Under the pieces are notes generated by a model, which saw nothing but the letters and a program-made list of their open reading frames with translations, was not told where the DNA came from and did not search any database. Made by a program: the position numbers and the translations under genes. A DNA stretch of 61,681 nt, counting the filler, from Choristocarpus tenellus KU-1152 (taxonomy: Eukaryota; Protista; Phaeophyceae), in assembly GCA_964200185.2 (NCBI GenBank). It is 10 parts of 10 records of this genome, joined end to end, with 100 filler letters (N's around TTAATTAATTAA, not from the genome) between each part and the next. Parts side by side here need not be neighbours in the genome. Positions count along the whole stretch, not along the records: positions 1 to 11,298 come from CAXNAD020002400.1; positions 11,399 to 14,767 come from CAXNAD020020491.1; 8 more parts are not named here. The stretch is one strand, 5' to 3'. This document shows, one piece after another, positions 1 through 12,599 of this stretch (position 1 is its first letter; the number at the start of each line of letters is the position of its first letter).

Positions 1-2038
1 CCACTCACACTCCACTAAGGGGGCAAGGGGGGGCTGGTGGTGAGAAGGGGGGTGAGGCAGATGAGGAGGCAACTGCTGCTGCGGCGAACCTTGCAATGGT
101 GAGTTTTTTTTGCACTCTGGATGTGGCACAAGCTACCTTACGTGCGTTGAGGGGAGGAGGGTTTACAATACCACAAGAAGATTATTTTGTGAAAGGTTCA
201 TTGAGTATAAATTTGATACTCTTTCTTAGGTATTTGTGTAGAGATTTTCCTAAATTTGTGCACAAGAATTGAGCTCAGGTTTGGCAATTTCTCAGGGATG
301 GACCCCGAGAAAATCCCCTCTTCAAGCTGTCTAATCTTGTCAGAAAGCTCTGTGCATTAACTGTGCTCAGTCCTGCAGTGATGTACTTTTACTTCTTTTT
401 TTTAATCATAATGCAGAACTTGTACAGGGGTGGTGCGCTTTTTATGGCTTAATAAGAATGAGATTGTTGTAGCGATCTTAGGAGAGTGTTGTCAGTTTTT
501 CCATCTGTAGTGAATGTAGTATGTTTGCTTAGGGTTAGGGTTGCTTATGATCCGCAGCAAAGCAATTTTTATTTGTTTGGCGTGAGGCAAGGCTCTGTAA
601 TTTTTTTTTGTAAATCAGTAGGACAACAGATTGAATTGGAGAATTTCTTAATCCCAACGGATTGGTGGTTGTATGCTATTTTCCATATTTTTGATAGGAT
701 CGGAAATAATTCTGTGTGGGGGGTGAATTTGAATAAATCCTCTGTTCAGCAATCTGCCCAACCAGCTTGGAGGGCAGGTTATAAATGCACAGGGTGGAAT
801 GAAGTTTTTTTTTATAGGGGTCTTGCAAAAACCCGTTACAGTGTACCCAATATCTCAGTGGGCCTCTTTATCACTACAAGAACCGATACCTGTGCAAAGA
901 GTTTTTTTATATATATGTGCTAGTTTTCCCAAAAAAAAATACTCTGCAAATTGTTTGAACTGGTGCTGATTAGAGGAAGCATATGGTTTGTGCACATTGA
1001 AGGGTATGTGGATTTGAGTAAGACACCAGCAACTTTTGTGTGATTTGAAGTGTAGCAATCAATGCATACCTCAGCACGTGTTGCATCTAATATTCATTTC
1101 ACTTTATAGCTGAAACCCTTGTGCTTCCCTATCTTTTTGCAGGTGAGAACGGTGGGCAGTCCAGCACGTATCCAGGTGGGTGGCGAGGATGACTCACTGG
1201 AGTTTTTGCATGATACCCCTGGGCCAATCACAACAAAGTCCATGATGGACACGAATGCTGGTGCCACCCGAACAGTCACTTCTTGTGGTAAGAGATTGGT
1301 GGCAGCAACCCCAGGACTGCCAATGGTGAAGGGGGTGATTGGTGGCAAGTCCCCAGCGTCAGAGGCGATAGCAGACCAGGCAATTGCACGCAGCCTATTG
1401 GACATGGGCAGTGGTCAGGTACAGACAGAGAAAGAGGATGAAGATGGCTTTGTGCTGCGGATGGTGACGCATGACCTCGCCCATGATGATGAGGCAAGGA
1501 CACTGGGGGGAGGGGGGGGAGGGGAGGTCATGGTATGGGTCCAGGAAGGAGGGTGAGGAGTGGATACTTGTACAGGCAAAATAGTGGAACGAAAACTTCT
1601 GGAGGAGAGCGCTCTTCACCTGGTGGGGTGAATGTTGATGTGGGGGAAGAGGGGAATGGTGAAGGAGCAAGCAGACAGGTGCCTGGGACTGCAGCAATGT
1701 ATGGAGGAATGGTGAATATCAAGCCAAAGTTGGGTAACGTGTTGTCTCCGTCCCCTGGTGTTGTTGGTGTGCCCAGTGGCAACCGCAGTGACTCTGGGGC
1801 AACTGGCCTGGGGGTGCCATTGGTGGAAGACAGGAGGCGTGTTCGCCGGAGTTCAATATTGCTCCAGGGTCTAGATACATATTGTCGTCCCTTTGGCAAA
1901 CACTTCACAGGGGCGATGAACAAGTCTTCTATGATCACGGCGCTTAGCTTCCTTGATAATGATGATTTGTACAATTCTTGCCTGGTGTCTAAGGGCTGGG
2001 TGAAGCTTGCCATGGATGATGCACTGTGGGAAGACTGA
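1..2038 (+). CDS. 3' part of a gene for a low-complexity protein ending in an F-box-like motif (5' truncated)
   Basis: Exon 3..98 is open (..EEATAAAANLAM|gtgagt). A phase-0 intron leads to tttttgcag|GTG at 1143 (VRTVGSPAR..). The frame shifts inside the G-runs at ~1505-1525 into the 1535..2038 ORF, which ends MITALSFLDNDDLYNSCLVSKGWVKLAMDDALWED*. This fits the F-box pattern (sfL...dL....lVsk.W......LW). Confidence 0.65.
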
Positions 2039-5000
2039 GGTTGGCAGTGATTTAAGGAAAATCAGGCTGATGCTTTTTCTGTCTTCCTTGTCCTCTCCCT
2101 CCCCTTACCTGCTCCCAGACTCTTTTTTATGTATTTTTATTGCAAATGTCGCAAAAGGGTACGGTTGGGGACAAAAGCGGCAGTAGAGAGTACTGGAGTA
2201 GTCCAAGCAGCACGCTCCTCTTGCTGCTGTGGGTTTGCAACTTGCTTGTTTGTGAGAAGACTGGAAGAATATTCAGCAATGGCTTTTATTACTCGTGAGC
2301 TTGTCTATGATAGCTGATGTTTGGTGTGGTGTAGAGGGCGGGAATCTCCTGTAACTCGACTGTCTCTAATTTTATGTGTCCAAATCAAACCAAGGTAGTG
2401 ATGGGAAGGGTGGTAAAGAGGACTCTTTTGAAGGGGGAGAGAGGGGAAGGTCGTAGGACACTGGTAATCGTCTGTGTGGCCCAGGCGTGATGGGGAATGC
2501 AAGTCTTTTGGGAAAAGGATAACGTCCCAGGCATCTTCGCGGATCAAAGCTTGTAGTGTAGGGAAAATATATGTGTGTAGAGTGGGGGCAACCTCTTTTG
2601 ACCTCAAGGGAAGTCTTACTTGTAGCTCTGTTCCTGAAATGCTGAAGGTCTAGTTTGGGTCAAGCTGTACAGCTTTGGACCTTGTAGGGTACGCCATCCT
2701 TCACCCGGACCCCTCTTATCACAGTAGTAGTTCAGGGTACCAATGACTTTCTGTCGAGGAGGGGAGAAGATGCGGCGCATTTGATTGCACAGGCGTGTAC
2801 ACCTCTTTTTATTAGGTGCAGATTCACACTCCTTGCACTCATCGCCTGGAAATGGAGTTTACAACTACTAGAACAGCTGATTATTGCAGCTCTAAGCTGC
2901 AAATCCATTAGTATATCCCTATGGATATGGGGAGGGGTTGTAGGGGGGGGGGGGTGTTGGCGACCTCCACCATCCCATGCACCCAGTGTCAAGCCTGCAT
3001 GTTTGTCAACTGCGTTGCTAGTTGATAGAGTCCTCGTGGTATTGCATGGCAACAGCAGAATAAGCAAGTGCAGTTTTTGTTTGAACCCTTTCAACCGTGT
3101 TGAATTGTGGGCTTAGGGTGTTGCCATAGGAGGGGCAAACCAGTGCTCAAGAGAATGGTCTCCTCTGTGCATCTTGACCCCTCTATGCTCTATAGTAGGC
3201 TGGAGGGCACCAGGGAAATGTAGGGCAACTTTGATGAAAGTATGTTTTTTGCTGTTAAAGGTAGGTGGTCATTAGATGGGTAATGTGTGGGTGGATTCAT
3301 GTAAAGTGTATCTTCAGTGATGTCTAACCTCCTCTTTGGCGGATTAAGGGAGGTGTGTCTGTGCCTGGCCGTTGAGTGTAATACACTATATCATTGGTAC
3401 ACAAGGACTAGCTGAGCCTACTATCATTATGTGTAGGGCAGAAAGCTGGAGATCTTAATAATCAAGGAGAAGAATGTTTTGAAGACATAAATAAGCAGTC
3501 AGCACTTCATCATCACAATTCTGTCTCTCCAACGCTGTGCTTTGCAATCGATACACCCTTACAACATCAGAAAGCATCATGTTAACAGCATGGGTGACCA
3601 AGTGAGAGCAAGAGGTTAAAAGAGATGAATCAAGTAGGGAAGCCTCCAACCTTTGAGACTCAGATGGTGGACATTGAAACTTCAAACCTCAAGTGAGGAG
3701 TAGGTTGTCAGAAGCTGGCTAGATTTGGTAGTGGTTGTGTTCCAAGGGAGAATTGATCTTGATCATACCAGCTACTTTGAAGTATGATGCTTCCTTTGGA
3801 TGTGGCCTGAACTATGGTATGAAACCATGATATGATGAACACAGGAAACGCAAAGCATAAACTAGAGCGCTTTTTTTTTAGCAATGGCTATCCACAAGGA
3901 ATGCAGAGTGCACCCTCTACATGACAGCCCCCAAAAGGAACAGTACACCACTATTTGATCGCTTCATCCCAAACTTAGAATGGTAAACAGAGATTGTGAG
4001 ATGCATACAATGATTGGATGTCCCTTGCATTTGGTGAGTGTGTATCCCAAATATTGGCATTATTTGTGCCTCCTACCATGGCATGTCTTGCTTTCCCCTG
4101 GTCACTTCAATCACGCCCAGTAGATATGCAGAAAAAAGCTTTTTAAGACTATAGAATCACTCCTCTGAAATACTAAACTAATATGAATAGCGTCAATTGC
4201 AACAAATGCATTACCACACAACTTATCAAGCCTTGAATTGCAGATGAACTTGATTATTTGACGGGCATCACCTTTTGAAGAGATGACCTTGCTTTTGGTA
4301 TGGGGGGAGGTGGGGGGGGCAAATATTCATGCATTACTCAACAAGACAGAACTAACTAGTGGAGCAGCTGTTTCCGTTGGAGTAATGGCAATGAATAGAA
4401 AGTCTGCATCAAATGGAAATTGACTACTGTCTGGAATAAGGGTGCAGGGGATGGGAAGAGGACAGCAACCTGTGCCATGCTGACCAAAGCCCTTTCAATG
4501 ACTGCTTGAGAACCTGTCAATGCCACCTCCATGATATCACTCACTCAGCCAATAGTCTACAGAAAAATATCGTGCTCACTCACCTTATCTGTGCACTTGT
4601 TCCCTCCTCTTACAAAATGAATGCCAACCCTTCCCTCCAACGCCCTGTTCATTTCAGGAGCTCGTCAATATTTTTGTTGTTGTGTGGTTACATTCAAGTG
4701 ATCACCACCAAGGTACCTCACAAGGGTCTCAAAACAATTGGAACCTTGTCCACATCGGATCTGAATAGGAAGGACCCAGGAGCATTTCATATACTTTATG
4801 TCACCAAACAGTACTAGCTGCTTCAGTGAAGAGACTGTAAACAATAGACCGTGAGTGACATCTCAACAACCAGTAATCATCAAGGGATTTCAGTCAATCT
4901 ATATCTTCTAGCATTGTCTATTTGCAGTTCTTGGAAATTGGCAGGGAAAACAACAGGGGCTTGGGCAGCCATAGGGCCATCTTCACTCAGTCCTTTGCAT

Positions 5001-5785
5001 GGCACAGCTGTGCCCAAGTGAGATGGAAAATATAAACAGTTTCCAGTATCAGGGACTGGTGGCAAGAAGTACCAAAACATGTGGACCAGCACGATGAGCG
5101 CTGGCATAGTAAGTATCATGTTGAGAGTGACATCAAAAAAAAAATTAAGCATGACATGAGAGACCTGACCCTTGGGGGTGGGGGTAGGTACATATCATAC
5201 AACATCGATATTTGAAGGAAAAATCTGAAAAAATCCTTTCAGTGAACGTTTGAAAAAACGGAACAGACATGGCACCCACTGATGCAAAAACTATGATACA
5301 AATGATTGCTCAGGAAAGGCAATACAGATAGCCCTTTCCTGTCGGGCTTCTACAACCTAGATTCTATAGGCCTACAATACATGCTTTCCAACGCCTAACC
5401 ATCTCCACAAACTTTGCTCAACTCATGCACAATACAGTCATCTTCCTCAAAACAAAAAAATCGGGTTGCAGCACAAGTGCATGTTTTACTCAAACTATGT
5501 ATCCCCCTTGCGCCTGAGCATATTACTCAAACAACGCAACAGTCACCATGGAGGGGACCCTACAACAGGTAACACTTTTTTTCTTCAGATACAAACAAGA
5601 AGTCACCAAAAAAGAAAAAGAAATATGTGGCAAGGGTCTATTTGTAAATGGTGCTGCATGGGAAAACAAGCCCGTTCAATAGCAAAAAAGAATGCTTGTT
5701 CTCTGCAGCTGGTGTCGCCAATCACTCAGGGTCAGCACCAGCAGGCTTGGTTATAATACTGCAGCAATCCTGCTACCCACAAGGC

Positions 5786-8700
5786 TCACTCTGGACGGCA
5801 CATCAACATCGGAAAACGCACCAACATAAGAAAGCCAACCTCTCCCTCATCATCCCCTTCCATCCCTTCCTCTCCCTCCCTCACCAGAAGTCGAAATTGT
5901 ACAGCTATGACAGGGGATGTGCCCTCCTTATGCTCTTCCCCTTCCTCTGCTGCAACACTAACCCCTGATTCAAGCAAAGCCTTCCCTACATCATCAACTC
6001 CAATTAGAACCAACTGCAGCCAGGCCACTTCCTCATAGTGATGCAGCACAAGCCCTCCCTCTTCTGGCTTACCCGTCCTAAGACCCTTGGGAAGCCATAG
6101 ACGCTGTTCAGACGCCTGTGCAAGATAGTCATCCCTTCCCTCCAGCTTCACCCAGACCCCTGGAGGTGGTTTTCTCACAGACAAAGTAACCTCCCCTGCC
6201 GGTTGCCTCCCCCTACCCTCAAATCCTCCCGCTGATGTCCTTTCAATATCTACAGTAGATCCCTGCGGCCCAGTAGCATTATCCTTCTTTCCAACTCCTC
6301 TCTGACCACCTCCAGTCCCTGCAGCTGCCCCTCCTTCTCCTCCTCCCACACTAATTCCACTTGAATCTCCTCCAGCTGTTACACCTACCCCTGATCCTGT
6401 CCCCCCAGTTGCTCCATTGTCCTCTTCTCCCTCCTCAGATGGCCTATCGAATCCACCCACCTCTTGGTCAGTATCCAGTCGAACCCTCAGGGGGGAGATC
6501 TGGGGGTTGCTCACACGCAGGACAAGGGCCGTGGGGTGCCCCTCACGCAGGGCTTTCAACGAGGGCAAGGAGGCCACAGTGACCCGGGGCACAAAAAGAG
6601 AGGCAGAGCAGTCTTTCTTGAACCATCTCCCCTCTTTCTGCCCTCCCCCAAAGGTAAAACAATCGTTAAGTAAATAGCAGAGGTAGAGATGGTCAGGTCA
6701 CAGCATGCAATGTGTTGCGGTATGGCACCATATAAGTGCGCATGGGGAAATTACAGGAGGGGGAGGGGGGGGAGGAGAGGATAGAATAAGATTGGGGTCA
6801 AGGATTGGGATATAGCAAGAGGTCGGCAAAGGTGTTTGACTTACCCTAGCCCTTACTCCAGCCTTGACAGTATTGATCATCTTGTCCAAAACAATTACCT
6901 TCACAGTTACATACTTCCACACATGTAGGTTGGTTGCTCATTGAAGTTTCCAAAACACACTTATAGCTAATTTTAAACACCAACAAAACGAAACAACTGT
7001 GAGAGGTGCTTTCAAGTAAAACCCATTTATGTGCGAAGCTTGCATTTTTTCATCATGTTCCTAAGTTCATCAGTATTATAGTACCCATCAACTAGCCTTA
7101 ATCAAGATACACTCACCTGGGGAGACAAAACCAGTATACATATTCCGCTAAGCGACTCCTACTGTGCCCCTCAGTCAAGTGCCACACACACACTCTAGTC
7201 AATCATTCCCATCCTACCACTTCACCTTCATGCACCATCCCCAACTTGCTTATGCCCGCACCTAAATAAAAACACCACCAAACAGTGGACAAGGCACCTA
7301 GTCATTGCCTTCCCTCACCCCTGCTATACAAACCTTGCTATCCCCATCTAAGGGGTTGATGAACGGCTTCACCAAAATCCCCGGTCGACCAACAGCTAAA
7401 TCCTTTCGACATCGCTTCCCCAGCTGTGTCCTCAATCGCACCCTCCTTGGCCAGTCTGCTTCAGATCCCACAACTACTTCACCCAAATATAATGAAGACA
7501 GTGGAATACTAACCCTCCTCCCCCTAACCATCCCTTCACCCTCAACAGCAACAGGAGCACCTCCACTACCCAATTCCCCCGACATCCCCTGCACCCGCTC
7601 CCAAAGCCCCGCTACAGACTGTCCATTACTGAGGGACCAGAGTCCTGGGTTGGGTTCTCCTGCCCTCGAGATGTTCATAGAGGAGGCACCAGTGGCACTA
7701 CCGTCATAGCTCTGGGCCGTTCCAGAGTCTGGTCTTATTTTGGCTGTGTTCAATGTGGAAGAGTTCTGCTTGGGCAGGAGTTCTCTTGAAGCTGTAGTCA
7801 CTAATTGAGCACGCTTCTCCACCATGTTTTCAGCATCAGCAACCTTTCAGTGGTTTTCACAGTAGTAGGGGGGTGAGTGGGGAAGGTCAGTTGTGTTTTA
7901 GTTTTGAGGAGGGCAGGATAGGTGGAAAAAAAAAAATCTGGAGAAGGGGAGAGGTAGGAAGGGGACTGGAGAGTGCCTATTACCACAATGGGGTATTGCA
8001 AGACGAGGAAAATGAGAAGTGATTAAATGAGTGCCTCATATGTGCCACTTTTGGCAATTGCTCTACCTCTTGCATCATCTAGTAGTCATACATTCCCACA
8101 CTCTCCACAATCTGGTAGAAATGTTTATCTCTTTCTACTGCAGCTGGTGTGTCACTTCTTGGCATGCCTTCACATTACTTTGCTTCGATGAATAACAACA
8201 AATTACACCATGGAACTTTCCTTTCTATGTCCAACTCTCTGTCCTATCTCCTGCTTACCATCTGGCCAATTCTCGTTTCAGAACAACTATGCTATGTGTC
8301 TCCAACCAAGGGACTAGACATTGGTGCGAATATGAACCCCCCTCCATGCACACAGGCACATACAAGAGTCTCTAGAAAAGATACCAAACAGTTCACTTTA
8401 AACCAATACAACACAATAGTACAATAGCCTATCTATTATAAGCTACTCTTGAATCATGCAGAAAAATTATTATCATGAAAATAGCGCAAATTTAGAATAA
8501 TCACGACAACAATACAAAAAAAAACGAAATAAAATACATAGCTCACCCGCCAGGGACCGGTGGGCACTGCCACTGCCGCCCCCCCTGCCCCCGCTCGACT
8601 CCCCCAGCTTCTATCTGTGTGATCCAGACTGGACAGACCGGCAGCCCCACCACCCCAGGCCCTCTCCCTCCGTGCCTTGCCCTTTCCCTCCCGTTGCTTG

Positions 8701-10600
8701 GCAGAGAAGAGGAGCTTGGCAAAGGCCGCATTCTCTGGACGCTGCTTCTTTTCCCCCACTGTGGCAGCCAACACCAAGGTTGAAGGGTCACTTTCCACAA
8801 GACCAATACCCCGACTGGACCACCGACAATAGGAACAGCGGAAGCAGAATTTGGAGGCTGGCGAGAGAGGATCAATTGGTGCAGGAACCAAAACACAGCC
8901 ACAGCACGGGCATTCAAAGCACGAAGGGCACCTGCAGTTGTTGGGGGGGAGGGGGACGAGATCATAAGCCACTTCAAAAGTCAACATGAGACTAATTAAA
9001 TTTCTGTTTCGTGCCCTTTCCCCATACCAGGGATGGGGAGGACTGCAAACCAATGCAAGTGGTAGTGACTCCATTGCTTTTTTCTTCTTTGATCTAAACA
9101 TATTTTGTTGATCATTCCTTAAGACTCTCAGAACAGTGGCACCCCTGATGTACCATGATCGTGACGGTTGAAAGGAGTCCAATTGCTAGTATCCCAATTC
9201 CGTGGTAACCTGCAACCTAAGTTGAAAATACTGAGTACTCATTCATCATCACACCAACATGAGCATAGATACACCTTACAGGTGAACTTACTGTAGTGGA
9301 TCACTCTTGCTGTGAGTCTGTGGCAACCTTAAATACATATTCTTGTATAACCAACGCCTGCATGTGATAATGTACTAGACAACTGCCAATTTGAGAGAGA
9401 TCGAGAGAGTCTGAACATATCGAAACAGCAATTCTATATGTGCGAGTTCATCAACATGGTACAGACAAACCCAACATGCCACACCAACAGACTCTCAGTC
9501 AAATACCTGCACTCGCCCACTCAGGGCAGTGGTTTACACCCCTCACTATCTTGTGAAATGACCCAAATAAAAACAAGGTATCTCTACTGCTGTAAACCAT
9601 TACGTTCTCAAGGCACATATATCACTATTGCATATAAATTAGGACAGGCTTCTGGGAAAATGGTATGTACAGAGGTAATGCAACCCTGAATTTTACTCCA
9701 ATTAGTCGTAACTATCACAATGTGGTCATCTTTAAGCGCTGACGTGCACATCCCATGTAAGAAGGGTTTTTAGTGGCACAAACACCAAGGTATTAAATCT
9801 CCATCTTGTTTCATATCAGATATTCATCTCATTCCATGCAGGCTCCCTCCAGGAAATAGTTATAGCGTTTTCACAGAAGACCATGGGCCACTGACCTCGC
9901 GCAACTCAAGATACAAACAATTCATCGTTGATATGCCATCACCTATAAATCGTGCTTCCCATCCTCCTTGGCTACCCCTTTCTCTCTCTATCTAAGACTA
10001 TCGGCTTGTGCAAAACCTTTCTTCTAGGACCATTCTCGGTTTAGTACAGTATCTTGTAGGTGTGTAGTTGAGAGGTGGATGGTATGGTAGTAGTCATGGC
10101 TTTCTAGGGGTCAAGTGATTTTCCATTCGGTCATTAGGTTTGAGTATCTATTTCAAGGCAGCATCACGTCTGCTCTACAGAGTTCCCACCAATCATCAAA
10201 CTGCGTAGGTGACGACATATCTCACGGAGTACTTCGTACGAAATCCCATTTCACGGCTAACACTACATGTCATTTGATTGCCCAAGTTCATTTGTTGCCA
10301 TTGCATCAAACAAAACAGACCTCTTGGGATTGCTGGACGAATTTTGGACACAGCACAACGATGCTCTCGTTGTATGTTAATCATTCTAGAAAAACCTTTC
10401 TCGCACCTATTATTGTTAGCTTGTGCCTCAGGTCCCTGCCCCCAGAGAGAGTTGCAATGGGGACAGAAGTGCGACTCCACATCCTCTTGCAGAGACTCGG
10501 GGTGGTCCGCCACCAGACAGCGACTGTCCGAAAAATGCATGCGACCCAGAGGGCGCATGTGCCCATTGTAGTCGCCATAGAGCACCTCTGTGCCCACCAT
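5786..10600 (-). CDS. DCTN4: Dynactin subunit 4 (p62), 4 exons, apparently complete
   Basis: Phase-compatible GT-AG exons: 10600-10407, 8931-8547, 7843-7334, 6637-5786. The spliced product has the p62 hallmarks EDVESHFCPHC, NNNR|CPSCFECPCC, FRCSYCRWSS, PRRVRLRTQLGKRCRK..LVKPFINP and WFKKDCSASLFVPRVTV..LVLRVSNP. Confidence 0.9.
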
Positions 10601-11221
10601 TGTCTATGATCCTCCCGTCTTCACAACAACATTTATGTCTCACAATGAACATATGTGAGTTATATTATATTAGGGTGAAGGAACAAAAAATCACTTTATG
10701 ATTATTGGAAGATTAGATTTGACCCTTTCAAACTGATCAATGATCAGAATCGATTTTATAACTCGATCAAATTAGGACAACCTTTTTTATGTCTTTTTTT
10801 TTATCGTCCTTCAAGCAAGGTATATCGCTCTACACTACTCTTCATACTCCTTCTGATGTCAGGGACAGATCCCCTTTTCAGAACTCCCACACACTAATGT
10901 GGACAATGCTCACAGTCATGTGCATTTTTGGCCAACACTTTACCATTGAGCATTCTCATCACGACCAGTCAGTAAACCAGACACAAACACAAAGATCTAC
11001 ATCAAAACACGTGAAGGAAGGACAGTCATTTCGAAGTTCTATTCCGAATCTGACTGATCTGTATTCCTGCTGGGCACTACTCAACCATTCTGAGACATCT
11101 ATATGTTATGTGCTGAGATTTTCCGTTCTGCTTTGCCTCAACTGAAGAAGTTGAGAAGGTGGTGTCAAGTCCTTTGAAGCTCAGTCGCCCCCTCGTTTTG
11201 AAGAGACTCTGATTATTTTGA

Positions 11222-11298
11222 GGCTCAAAGTATCTGGGGGTCCATTTGGGGTCAATTTTTTCATGTCGCGATTTTTGGGTGATTTGGTTGCATACGTC
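11222..11298 (+). mobile_element. MITE family A, left end (truncated by contig end)
   Basis: GGCTCAAAGTATCTGGGG..TCCATTTGGGGTCAATTTTTTCATGTCGCGATTTTT matches the copy at 49298-49463. Confidence 0.8.
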
Positions 11299-11398
11299 NN
11301 NNNNNNNNNNNNNNNNNNNNNNNNNNNNNNNNNNNNNNNNNNTTAATTAATTAANNNNNNNNNNNNNNNNNNNNNNNNNNNNNNNNNNNNNNNNNNNN
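11299..11398. other. Artificial contig spacer
   Basis: 44 N + TTAATTAATTAA (stops in all six frames) + 44 N; identical at nine sites. Confidence 0.97.
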
Positions 11399-11471
11399 AA
11401 CCGAAAAATCGCGACATGAAAAAATTAACCCCAAATGGACAGCCGCCACCCCCTCCCAGATACTTTGAGCC
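11399..11471 (-). mobile_element. MITE family A, left end, reverse orientation (truncated)
   Basis: Reverse complement reads GGCTCAAAGTATCTGGGAGGGGGTGGCGGCTGTCCATTTGGGG. Confidence 0.8.
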
Positions 11472-12599
11472 AATTGCAGTAGATGGTGAAGGGGTTCTCA
11501 AACTTTCAGGGTACAGAGAAATGTTTATCGATCTGACTACAGACGCTGTCTAGTTGCCTGACAATGTAAGGTGAGTGGTGCCAGACTTGTCCTCCAGATC
11601 TGACTGGGGCATGTGCGAGCATGGCCAGTGTCTACCACTTGTCTCCTGCACTCATCCACCGGATTGTCATCATTGGATCATTCCTCCTCTACTTCTAATG
11701 ATTGGTGCACCATCAGGCGAAATTCTGGGGAAGGGTGTGCTGTGCTGACTCAAGAGGTTGCTCAAGCATTGATCCCCTACTCGCACTGAGTGCTGTATCA
11801 AGCTAAATAAAGCCGTTGTACAAAACTCCCATCCAGTTCTGGGAGTTGTAGGGGGGTTGTAGGGGGGTTTGCTCGTTACGAGCGGAAGGAATCTACGCAA
11901 ACCTGGTTGAGGAGGCGGGTGATCTCACATGTTGGACCCGTCTCGCCGTCTCCCCATATCATGTCCAGCCAGCCTATTGGAGTCCAATCTCATATGGCCG
12001 TATCTATATGCTCTGTAGTATACAACTGTAGTATACAACAATATATTCTACCTTCCCAAGCATCTACGAGAAAGCATCAAGATAATGTACTATTGTATTT
12101 ATAATGAGTACATATCATCAGGAAGCGCACAAGCGATCCGATGCGTGAGGACGAGATTGAGGAATATAGAAGTATAGTAACCTAGTGATACAGACGGACA
12201 GATGGACGGACAGGATTACTTGGTTATATATTGTACTGCACATGTTATAGGAACCGGTATGCAGAAAGACGGATGGACGGACTGGAATTACTTTCCTTTA
12301 ATCTGGTACGTATCACGCATCAAATCTACAAAATATTGAAGCCCCACACATCTACTACAAATTGTAAAAGGCATAATCATACATACTACTATAAGTAGTT
12401 GAAGTAAATAGATCATCATCACAGCGGTTTCATTTTTCCTTGACGCACAACTCTTTGTTAGAATGTTTCAGATAGACAAAAACATAGTTTCGAAAGCCGA
12501 TTAGGAGAGAGAGAGAAATACATGCGCACAGAGGAGATTACTGAGACCGCATTGAGCATGCGAGGAATATGGGAGAAGAGCTTCAGGCTCGGTACTAAT

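Noticed and set aside
3450-5150. Possible retroelement fragments between the F-box gene and DCTN4 (e.g. GHIQRKHH on the minus strand)
   Set aside because: Isolated weak resemblances with no ordered series of motifs.
11343-11354. Palindromic TTAATTAATTAA repeated nine times as a biological motif
   Set aside because: It is always centred in 44+44 N, so it is a six-frame stop linker from contig concatenation.
11222-11471. Inverted repeats around a gap as the TIRs of one element (also around 58065-58164)
   Set aside because: Both outer ends are the same GGCTC end of MITE-A on separate contigs; a single element has one GGCTC end and one GACCC end.
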